The position numbers and the translations under genes were made by a program. Positions 56,459 through 64,000 of a DNA stretch of 64,000 nt are shown in pieces (the first letter of the stretch is position 1; each line of letters opens with the position of its first letter). The notes below the pieces were generated by a model that searched no databases, had not been told where the DNA came from, and saw only the letters and a program-made list of their open reading frames with translations. The stretch is taken from assembly GCA_033764015.1 (NCBI GenBank), contig JANRJK010000036.1:1-64000 (forward strand). Direction: 5' to 3'. This DNA comes from Candidatus Sumerlaeia bacterium (GTDB lineage Bacteria > Sumerlaeota > Sumerlaeia > SLMS01 > JANRJK01).

Positions 56459-56947
56459 TCAGGCCGCGTCGGGGTCCGCGGCGAGGCCCTCGCGGAGCTT
56501 CGAGAGGAGGTTGCCGAGCTGGCCCACCTCCGCTTCGGAGAGGCCGCGCAGCAGGACCGCGTTGGCGCGCTTGACGGGGGTTTCGAGCTGGCGCAGGAGC
56601 GCGCGCCCGGCGGGCGTGATCCACACACGCACCGCGCGGCGGTCGGCGGTGTCGCGCTTGCGCACGGCCCAGCCCCGCGCCTCGACCTTGTCGAGCACGC
56701 GCGTGAGGTCCGGAACCGGCGTGGGGAGGAGCGCGGCGACGGCGCCGCAGAGCAGGCCGTCCTGACCCGCGCCGCGCAGCGCCACCAGCGTGTGGTACTG
56801 TGCCGGGGTCATGCCCTTCGCGCGCAGGATCTGCGCGAGGCCGTACTGGAAAATCTCGGCGGACCGCACCATGGAGAGCACCGCGTCGGCGATCTCGGCT
56901 TGGGTGTCGGGTGCGTCGTGGTTGGTGCGAAGGGACTTGGGGGTCAT
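56459..56947 (-). CDS. MarR family transcriptional regulator
   Basis: GMTPAQYHTL, DLTRVLDKVEARGW and DRRAVRVWITPAG. Confidence 0.92.
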   Translation of the reverse strand: MTPKSLRTNHDAPDTQAEIADAVLSMVRSAEIFQYGLAQILRAKGMTPAQYHTLVALRGAGQDGLLCGAVAALLPTPVPDLTRVLDKVEARGWAVRKRDTADRRAVRVWITPAGRALLRQLETPVKRANAVLLRGLSEAEVGQLGNLLSKLREGLAADPDAA

Positions 56948-57089
56948 CGGCGTTTCCTCGAAGAATTCTCCGCGCGAGGCAGGCAACCCGCGACGAGCGC
57001 CCGCGCGCGGGAACAACAGCAAGGGGAAAAGCCTTGGGATTGCCGCGCGCGCGCCGTTGTGGCGTGGTTGAGGTTGCGGAGGCGTCGGG

Positions 57090-58856
57090 ATGGCGGGAGC
57101 GCGGAGGGACAGCCGGTTGGTGCGCAGGCTGGCCTGGCTGGCGGTGCTGGGCTTCGTTCCGCTTTCGGTGCTGGCGTATCTGGCGCGCATCGCGTACACG
57201 CCCAGCGGGATCAACGCGCGGATCGCCGCGGCGCCGAAGGCGTCGGCGGAGGCGGAGCCGCCGGGGCTGGCGGGATTACCGATGCTGCAGGCATCCGCAC
57301 TGCCGGATCGAGAGCAGGCGGGCACCGGGGACCCGCCACCAAGCCCACCCCCGTACGAGCCTTTTCTGGCCGCTCATGTGTGGTGGAGAAGGACATGCTT
57401 GTACATCCCGTTGGATGGCGGGCGGGGTACCTGCTTCGAGCCGGAATCCCCCTACCGGGGTGTCACGGAATCTTTCTTCGCGGAGCGAACGAGAGACCGC
57501 GAGGATCAAGAGAGGCTCGCCGACCTCGCCGCAGCGAGTCCGGGTGAGAGCGCCGATGTCAGCGAGTGGCCGCCCCAAGACGATCTGGCGTATCTCTTCG
57601 ATCTCGGAACCGACGACGCGGGGCAGGAGCACAAAATCGAGACCTTCGACCCGGTCTCGGACGCGGACTTGTTGGCGGGAATCGGTAAGCTCAAGGCAAC
57701 CGACCCGACAGTCCTGTTCACCGAGTCCCAGCGCATCCTGGCGGCATCCGATCCACCGCCTATCGATGATCGCGATGGCGCCTACGCGGTGTCCCAGAAG
57801 GCGGAATCCGCATTCATGCTCGGTGTCATCGTCCAGTTCCTCCGGCAGAAAGACGACCACGCGAGGTTACTCGAAGAGATCCGCGGCTTTCACGGGGCGC
57901 TCCTTCACAGGGCTGCCAGCCAGCGTGATGAATTGGATTTATCGAGCGTGCTAGGCTTCGCACTCATGCGGATTGAGGGGATGGCCAATATGGGGTTCCT
58001 GAATGCGGAGGAGGCGGTGGCGCTCACACGCGAGCTGGTTCCACTCCGGTTGTCGGAAGCGGACCGGAGGGCATGGAAGAACGAATTTTTGCTCCGATAC
58101 GCCAAGGCCCACGCGAACCGCATTCGGCGCGAGGGACTCGGCCCTGAGGACGCGGGGAGGCTCAGGGAGTTCTTCGCCGGCGGCGCGCTCGCCAAGGCGA
58201 GCAGGTTCGTCGCGGCGCAAGCGCTCGCCACCGACCTGGAGCGATTCGCGATCGCCCGGCGAACCGGAGAGGAGCGTTGGGCAGAGCTTCTGGGGCTCCG
58301 AATGCGGGCGGTTTCCCTAGCCGTTAACGCGGATTTCAATCCCGATAGCGGCGAAATCGTGGTCGACACCTTCAGTTATCCGGCAGGTGTCTTCGAGCAG
58401 CTCGAGGGCAACCAAGTCCTCTGGCTCGCCGAGGAAGACCGAGACGACTACTGGCACCGCTGGCGGCTCATCGACACCATCGTGCGCGCCCACCTCTACG
58501 AGCACCGCAACCGCGAGGGCAGCTTCCCGGACGACCCGCTCTCGGTGCTTCCCGCCGACGCGCTCCGCGAGGCGCGGGAACTCGGGCTCGAGTGGGCGGC
58601 GATCCGGTGGGTGGAAGGCCGCTGGTTTGGCCCCGATGGCTCCCGGATCGATCCCGTTGCGGCGGGAAAGCCCAGGGTGCCGCTGCTGATCCTATGCGTG
58701 GACATCCCCAAAGGCGAGGTTAAGGGGATCAGCGGAAGCCCCGCGCCAGCCAATCCGCCCCGCGACCCCGTGGCGATCATCCTGGGGCAGCTCGCCGATA
58801 ACCCGCTGGAACCACTGCTTTGCAGGATTCGCGAGGCGGAGGGTGCGGGGCGGTGA
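57090..58856 (+). CDS. Membrane-anchored hypothetical protein (paralog of 716..2479)
   Basis: GGAGG RBS; N-terminal TM; shares blocks with 716..2479. Confidence 0.78.
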   Translation: MAGARRDSRLVRRLAWLAVLGFVPLSVLAYLARIAYTPSGINARIAAAPKASAEAEPPGLAGLPMLQASALPDREQAGTGDPPPSPPPYEPFLAAHVWWRRTCLYIPLDGGRGTCFEPESPYRGVTESFFAERTRDREDQERLADLAAASPGESADVSEWPPQDDLAYLFDLGTDDAGQEHKIETFDPVSDADLLAGIGKLKATDPTVLFTESQRILAASDPPPIDDRDGAYAVSQKAESAFMLGVIVQFLRQKDDHARLLEEIRGFHGALLHRAASQRDELDLSSVLGFALMRIEGMANMGFLNAEEAVALTRELVPLRLSEADRRAWKNEFLLRYAKAHANRIRREGLGPEDAGRLREFFAGGALAKASRFVAAQALATDLERFAIARRTGEERWAELLGLRMRAVSLAVNADFNPDSGEIVVDTFSYPAGVFEQLEGNQVLWLAEEDRDDYWHRWRLIDTIVRAHLYEHRNREGSFPDDPLSVLPADALREARELGLEWAAIRWVEGRWFGPDGSRIDPVAAGKPRVPLLILCVDIPKGEVKGISGSPAPANPPRDPVAIILGQLADNPLEPLLCRIREAEGAGR

Positions 58857-58927
58857 ATGGGCCGCGACCGCAGGCAACGCACCGACAACCGAGCGGCTCG
58901 GCAGAGGGCGGTTCAAAACCCGAACAG

Positions 58928-59078
58928 ACCCCGGGAGGGACCGAACAGGTGCAGCCCCGGCATTCATGCCGACGTCGCCGCGGCAGTGAACACCGGGCCC
59001 CGGTAGCGGTCCGGCCCGTTTGCCGACTGATCCCCGGTATCAATGCCGGGGCTACGATTGTTGCGCCCGTGCCGGGGC
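58928..59078. repeat. REP-doublet (REPIN-like) inverted repeat element
   Basis: gcagccccggcattcatgccg (58951-58971) and an inverted copy, GTAGCCCCGGCATTGATACCGGGG on the minus strand (59032-59055), with partly complementary flanks. Confidence 0.55.
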
Positions 59079-59153
59079 GGGGGTGGTTCGAGCCACACCG
59101 TGGACAAACGGCTGCGGCGGCGTGTCCAGTCGCGAACCGCTGGGCACCCCCCG

Positions 59154-60665
59154 CTAGTCCGACACCTCGTTCATCATGTACGACACCGTGTCCGTGTAGC
59201 GGATGCGCGCGTCCACGACGTGTTTGGTGAGCAGAAAGTTCTGGTGCAGGCCGTCGAGGATGAACTCCATGGCGAAGAGCAGGTCGATGTCGTCCTTGGG
59301 TTGGGCGAGGTCGCGGGCGGTTTTCTCGAGACCGCCGATGGAGCGCAGCGTGCGCCCGTACTCTTCGAAGGACATTTGGCTGGCGAGTTCGACATGCTTG
59401 CCGCCCTCGAACCAGTCGATGATGGGCTGGAAGCGCGAGAAGTCGCCGTCCGCGCCCTTCTTGCCGCGGCGCCCGGTGGGCTCGGACATGGGGCCCGCGT
59501 AGCGCTTGTTGAACGCCTCCTTCACCGCGCGTCCCACGAGGTGGAACGCCACGTTGGTGATGCCTTCCTGCTCGCCCTTGTAGACCAGTTCGATCTTGCC
59601 GGTGAGCGCGGTGATCGACTCGTAGAGGTCGGAGATGCGGCCGGTGACGACCGCTTCGCCGTGGCGGTGGGCGCGGGCTTCGGCGACGGAATGCAGCGTC
59701 TCGACGTAGGAGATGCTGACGCGCGCGGAGACGCCGGAGTTGCGGTCCACGTAGTCGGACTTGCGCGCCTCGACGACCACCTGCTCGACGAGTTCGTGCA
59801 GCAGGGGGTGGATGCGGTCGGGCAGGCCGCGCTCGGTCCATGCTTCCTGGGCGGTGATGGCGAGCGCGTCCTCGAGCTTCTCCGGATAGTGCGTGAGGAT
59901 CTGCGCGTTGATGCGGTCCTTCAGCGGCGTGATGATGTTGCCGCGGTTCGTGTAGTCCTCCGGGTTGGCGGTGAAGACTAGGGCCACATCGAGCGGCAGG
60001 CGGACCGGGAAGCCGCGGATCTGGATGTCCTTCTCCTCCATGATGTTGAGGAGGCCCACTTGGATGCGCGCCTGGAGGTCGGGCAGCTCGTTGATGGCGA
60101 AAATGCCGCGGTTCGAGCGCGGCACGAGGCCGAAGTGGATCACGTCCTCGTCGCTGAAATCGAGCTTCCGGGCGACCGCCTTGATCGGGTCGATGTCGCC
60201 GATCAGGTCGGCGATGGAGACGTCGGGCGTGGCGAGCTTCTCCTGGTAGCGGCGCGAGCGGTGCACCCAGTCCACCGGGGCGTCGGCGCCCATCTGGCGG
60301 AGGAGCTCGCGGCTTTGCTTGGTGAGCGGCGCGTAGGGGGACTCGTTGATCGGCGAGTCCTTGATGACGGGCATCCACTCGTCGAGCAGGTGGACGAGCT
60401 GGCGGATGAGGCGCGTCTTGGCCTGGCCGCGCAGGCCGAGCAGGAGGAAGTCGTGCTTGGAGAGGATCGCGGCGGTGATCTGCGGCACGACGGTCTTGTC
60501 GTAGCCGATGATGCCGGGGAAGATCGTCTCGCCGGCGCGGAGCTTGGCGATGAGGTTCTTGCGGAGCTCGTCCTTCACCGCGGGCACGGGCCAGTTGGCC
60601 GCCTTGAGCGCTCCGAGGGTCTTGGGAAGGTGGTCGGGGACCTTGTGTTCGGTGGGGGCGGACAT
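59154..60665 (-). CDS. AAA+ ATPase, Mg-chelatase-ChlI/MoxR-like family
   Basis: LLGLRGQAKTR, EKLATPD, IGDIDPIK, NRGIFAINELPDL and TANPEDYTNRG. Confidence 0.9.
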   Translation of the reverse strand: MSAPTEHKVPDHLPKTLGALKAANWPVPAVKDELRKNLIAKLRAGETIFPGIIGYDKTVVPQITAAILSKHDFLLLGLRGQAKTRLIRQLVHLLDEWMPVIKDSPINESPYAPLTKQSRELLRQMGADAPVDWVHRSRRYQEKLATPDVSIADLIGDIDPIKAVARKLDFSDEDVIHFGLVPRSNRGIFAINELPDLQARIQVGLLNIMEEKDIQIRGFPVRLPLDVALVFTANPEDYTNRGNIITPLKDRINAQILTHYPEKLEDALAITAQEAWTERGLPDRIHPLLHELVEQVVVEARKSDYVDRNSGVSARVSISYVETLHSVAEARAHRHGEAVVTGRISDLYESITALTGKIELVYKGEQEGITNVAFHLVGRAVKEAFNKRYAGPMSEPTGRRGKKGADGDFSRFQPIIDWFEGGKHVELASQMSFEEYGRTLRSIGGLEKTARDLAQPKDDIDLLFAMEFILDGLHQNFLLTKHVVDARIRYTDTVSYMMNEVSD

Positions 60666-60880
60666 GGTCGCTGTGCTGCTCCGTCGCGTTGGGGAGGGTT
60701 GCCGTGATTGAGGGTGCTTGGGGGTTGGTGGGGCCGCAAGTTTGAACGGAGCGAAACGCGGGCCGGGCGCGGGCACGCAACTTGTTCCCATGGTCCCGAG
60801 GCGGGCGCGATCCGTCTTTCCCTTGTGAACGAACGCACAAGGGGACAAAGTGCCCACTCCCTCCGCGGGACTTCCGAGCC

Positions 60881-61882
60881 ATGACCAGCGCCACGACCAC
60901 TCAAGCCCCCCAGAAGGATCCGGTCTCCGCCTATCTTGGCGAGGACCTCGATCTGGTGCGCCAGTGGATGGACCGCATCTACCAGCCGGAAGGCCGGCTG
61001 ATGACCGATGTGGCGCGCTACATCTACGAGCTGAAGGGCAAGCTGCTGCGGCCGAAGATGGTGTGCTTGGCGGCGCGCGCCTACGGGCACGACCCGGACA
61101 ACAAGCGCTACACGCGCATCGCCGCCGCGATGGAGATCTTCCACGTCGCGACGCTGCTGCACGACGACGTGATCGACCACGCGGACGCGCGGCGCGGACG
61201 CGAGACGGTGAACCACAAGTGGGGCGCCGACGTCGCGATCCTCTTCGCGGACTACCTCTACGCGAGTTGCTTCGACCTGGCGCTGAGCGGCCTCGACGAG
61301 CGCCCGGACGCGCTCCGCATCCTCACGCGCACCACGCAGAAGATGGCGGAGGGCGAGATCTTCCAGATCGAGAAGCGCGGCTGCTGGCTGACGCTGGAAG
61401 AGTACATGAAGATCATCCGTCTCAAGACCGGCTGCCTGTTCGGCGCCTGCGCGAGCCTTGGGACGCTGGTCGCCGGCCAGGACACGGAGCGTGTGCTCCG
61501 CATGGCGGACTACGGGATGGCGTTCGGCGTCGCGTTCCAGATGACGGACGACGCGCTGGACTACGACGCGGACCCCGCGAACTGGGGCAAGCCGGTGGGC
61601 GGCGACGTGGCGGAGGGGAAGCAGACCTATCCGCTGCTCCACGCCTACGAGTTGGCCGGCGAGGACGAGCGGCGCCGCATCGCCGAGGTGATGTCGAACG
61701 GGCGCGACTTCGCCACGGTGCACGGCTTCGTCGCGCGGCACGACGGCGTTCGCGCCTCCTTCGAGAAGGCCGAGGAGCACATCGCGGAAGCGCTCGCGGT
61801 GCTCGACGAGGCGACCATCGACCACGAGGCGATGACCCTGCTGAAGGGCCTGACACGCGGGATCGCGAAGAGGCGCTTTTAG
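60881..61882 (+). CDS. ispB: Polyprenyl (octaprenyl/heptaprenyl-type) diphosphate synthase
   Basis: GKLLRP, LLHDDVID..RRG (first aspartate-rich motif), KT, FQMTDDALD (second motif) and GKPVGGDVAEGK. Confidence 0.9.
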   Translation: MTSATTTQAPQKDPVSAYLGEDLDLVRQWMDRIYQPEGRLMTDVARYIYELKGKLLRPKMVCLAARAYGHDPDNKRYTRIAAAMEIFHVATLLHDDVIDHADARRGRETVNHKWGADVAILFADYLYASCFDLALSGLDERPDALRILTRTTQKMAEGEIFQIEKRGCWLTLEEYMKIIRLKTGCLFGACASLGTLVAGQDTERVLRMADYGMAFGVAFQMTDDALDYDADPANWGKPVGGDVAEGKQTYPLLHAYELAGEDERRRIAEVMSNGRDFATVHGFVARHDGVRASFEKAEEHIAEALAVLDEATIDHEAMTLLKGLTRGIAKRRF

Positions 61883-61949
61883 GCGGCGTTTTTTTTCGCG
61901 GAAAAGCCTTGACCGCGGAGGGGCCTTTCGAGATGCTCATCAGCTCAGG

Positions 61950-62026
61950 GCGGGACTAGCTCAGTTGGCTAGAGCGATACCTTGCCAAGGTATAGGTCGC
62001 GGGTTCGAGCCCCGTGTCCCGCTCCA
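61950..62026 (+). tRNA. tRNA-Gly (GCC)
   Basis: Acceptor gcgggac/gtcccgc, anticodon arm atacc-ttGCCaa-ggtat, GGTTCGAGCCC T-arm and CCA. Upstream TTGACC-N17-GATGCT promoter candidate. Confidence 0.97.
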
Positions 62027-62043
62027 CAAACTTCCCTGCGGAT

Positions 62044-62082
62044 ACCGGCCCCGGTGGCGATGCCACCGGGGCCGGTTCCTTT
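62044..62082 (+). terminator. Hairpin terminator between tRNA-Gly and the convergent ATPase gene
   Basis: accggccccggtggc-gat-gccaccggggccggt followed by tcctttg. Confidence 0.7.
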
Positions 62083-62083
62083 G

Positions 62084-63991
62084 TCAGGCCGAGCCGCGGC
62101 GGAGCAGGCGGAGGCTGTTGAGCACAACGACCACGGTGCTGCCTTCGTGGCCCACCACGGCGAGCGGCAACGGCAGCAATCCCGTGAGCGAGACGAGCGC
62201 GAGCACCGCCATGACGGCGCCGCTGATCCCGAGGTTCTGGGCGATAATGCGGCGCGCGCGGCGGCTGAGCTCGATCGCCTCGCCCAGCTTCGCCAGCCGG
62301 TCGCCCACGAGGATCACGTCGCCCTGCGCGAGGGCGGCGTCGCTCCCCCGCCCCCCCATGACGATGGCGAGGTCCGCGGCGGCGAGCGCGGCGGCGTCGT
62401 TCACACCGTCGCCGACCATCGCGGTCGGTCCCTCGGCGCGGCTGGTCTTGACGAATTCGAGCTTCTCCTCGGGGCGGGCCTTGGCGATGTGGGCGTCCAT
62501 TTCGAGTTCGCGCGCCACCTGCGCGACGGGTCCCGGCCGGTCGCCGGAGAGTAGCGTCCGGCGGACGCGGAGCGTGCGCAGCCTGGCGAGGAGCGCGGCG
62601 GCGTCGGGGCGGAGCTGGTCTTCGAGGACGAACTCGGCGCTCTGGCGCCCGCGTCCGGAGAATACGCGCACTACACCCGCGGCGTCCTCGGCGAGCTCCC
62701 AGGTGGCGGGGAAGACGCCGCCGAGGCGCTCGCGCACGAAGGAGGGCCGGCCCACGGCGACGGTGCCGAGGGAGGTCTCCGCTTCGACGCCTTCGCCGGG
62801 GTAGGCGAGGAACTTCGCCGGCGGCGCGGGGTCGATGCCCTCCTCGCGGGCGGCGCGCACGATGGACCGTGCGACGGGGTGCTCGCTTCGGAGCTCCGCC
62901 TCGGCGGCGGCGCGGAGCGCTTCGTCGCGCGTCCAGGCGCCGCCGAGCACCACCTCGCGCAGATGCAGCTCGCCCGTGGTGAGGGTGCCGGTCTTGTCGA
63001 AGATGAAATGCCGGATGCCCGCCAGGTTCTCCACCGCGCCACCGTGGCGGAACAGGATGCCACGGCGCGCGCCGGCGGCGATCGCGGTGAGGATCGCAGA
63101 CGGAATCGATAGCACCAGCGCGCACGGCGAGGCGACCACGAGCAGCGTCATCATGCGGTACAGCGCCTCGGCGCCCGGAATCCCCCAGAGCCAGAGCCCG
63201 CCGCCGTAGAGCGCAGACGCACCGAGGATCGCGTAGGTGTACGGCGTGCCGAATCGGTCGGTGAAGCTCTCCGACGGCGCCTTCTCGGCGCGGGCGCGGA
63301 GGACAAGCTGCACCATGCGCTGGAGCGTGGACTCGCTCGCGGGACGGAGGACTTCCGCGTCCACGCCGCCATCGACGAGGAGCGATCCGGCGGACAGCTC
63401 GGACCCGAGCGAGCGGGTGGCGGGCGTGGACTCGCCGGTGAGCATCGACTCGTCCACGGAGGTTGCTCCGTGGAGCACGCGGCAGTCGGCGGGGACCCGT
63501 TCGCCCGGGCGGAGGCGCACGACGTTGCCGGCGGCGAGGCTGTCGGCGGGGGCGCGGCGCTCGCGGCCGTCGGGGTCGAGAACGACGGCCTCCTTCGGCG
63601 CGTCCTTCAGGAGCGCGGTGATCGCGCTCTCCGTCCGCGCTTCCGCGAAGCTTTCAAGGCTGCCGGAGAAGCTGAAGAGGAAGAGGAGGATGGCGCCCTC
63701 CGCGTAGTAGCCGAGCGCCGCCGCCCCGAGGGCGACCACGAGCATCAGGAAGTCGATATCGAGGATGCCGCGCAGGAGCTTGGGCACCAGTTCCCGGGCC
63801 GCGTCCCACGCGCCGGCGGCGTAGCAAACCGCCCAAAGCGCCAGGACTGCGGCGGGCGGGGCCCCAAGCTGGTGGGCGATCGCCGCCGCGATGCCCGCGG
63901 CGCCGCAGAGCAGGGCGACGGCGAGCTCGCGCCGCCAGGCGGGCGACTCCGCCTCCGTCCCCGACCCGGGCTGGTCGCCGGGGTCTCCCAC
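62084..63991 (-). CDS. Heavy-metal P1B-4 type ATPase (Co/Zn/Fe efflux); the start may lie beyond the window
   Basis: TGES, VASPCAL (SPC), DKTGT, SEHP, GDGVNDA and HEGST. Confidence 0.93.
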   Translation of the reverse strand: MGDPGDQPGSGTEAESPAWRRELAVALLCGAAGIAAAIAHQLGAPPAAVLALWAVCYAAGAWDAARELVPKLLRGILDIDFLMLVVALGAAALGYYAEGAILLFLFSFSGSLESFAEARTESAITALLKDAPKEAVVLDPDGRERRAPADSLAAGNVVRLRPGERVPADCRVLHGATSVDESMLTGESTPATRSLGSELSAGSLLVDGGVDAEVLRPASESTLQRMVQLVLRARAEKAPSESFTDRFGTPYTYAILGASALYGGGLWLWGIPGAEALYRMMTLLVVASPCALVLSIPSAILTAIAAGARRGILFRHGGAVENLAGIRHFIFDKTGTLTTGELHLREVVLGGAWTRDEALRAAAEAELRSEHPVARSIVRAAREEGIDPAPPAKFLAYPGEGVEAETSLGTVAVGRPSFVRERLGGVFPATWELAEDAAGVVRVFSGRGRQSAEFVLEDQLRPDAAALLARLRTLRVRRTLLSGDRPGPVAQVARELEMDAHIAKARPEEKLEFVKTSRAEGPTAMVGDGVNDAAALAAADLAIVMGGRGSDAALAQGDVILVGDRLAKLGEAIELSRRARRIIAQNLGISGAVMAVLALVSLTGLLPLPLAVVGHEGSTVVVVLNSLRLLRRGSA

Positions 63992-64000
63992 AATTGCCGC

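Noticed and set aside
2711..62804. Many long alternative-frame or antisense ORFs (for example 2711..5131, 18819..21611, 31901..34618, 35046..37172, 54494..57547)
   Set aside because: They are Arg/Gly/Ala/Pro-rich shadows of real genes, expected in high-GC DNA. They overlap well-supported genes or rnpB.

Overview
A very GC-rich (roughly 70% by eye) bacterial chromosome segment, probably from a diderm organism. It may be Candidatus Sumerlaeota/BRC1, but that is an unverified impression. Housekeeping loci include xseB, fhs, an M42 peptidase, hpt, alr, prfA, moaB/mogA, opcA, a polyprenyl synthase, RNase P RNA, tRNA-Phe(GAA) and tRNA-Gly(GCC). Also present are an MglA/MglB GTPase module, a TetR-controlled DevBCA-type exporter, two GT2 glycosyltransferases, a diguanylate cyclase, a P1B-4 ATPase, many secreted proteins (including a 1972-aa FG-GAP/Ig-repeat adhesin and a GH13 amylase) and a small Rhs toxin/immunity/integrase-remnant islet beside tRNA-Phe. 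The most interesting unexplained signals are: (1) a short C-terminal [D/G]-[W/F]-x-[L/V]-[F/R] motif on four different secreted proteins, a candidate lineage-specific sorting or anchoring signal; (2) a structured intergenic RNA of about 320 nt with a sigma54-type promoter, five CCACC motifs and its own terminator; (3) two perfect DnaA boxes upstream of a histone-H1-like gene, near a DnaD-like gene; (4) unusual fusions (ACP with FGE-sulfatase; Cys-repeat with redoxin). No CRISPR array was seen. All calls come from reading the sequence; no database searches were run.
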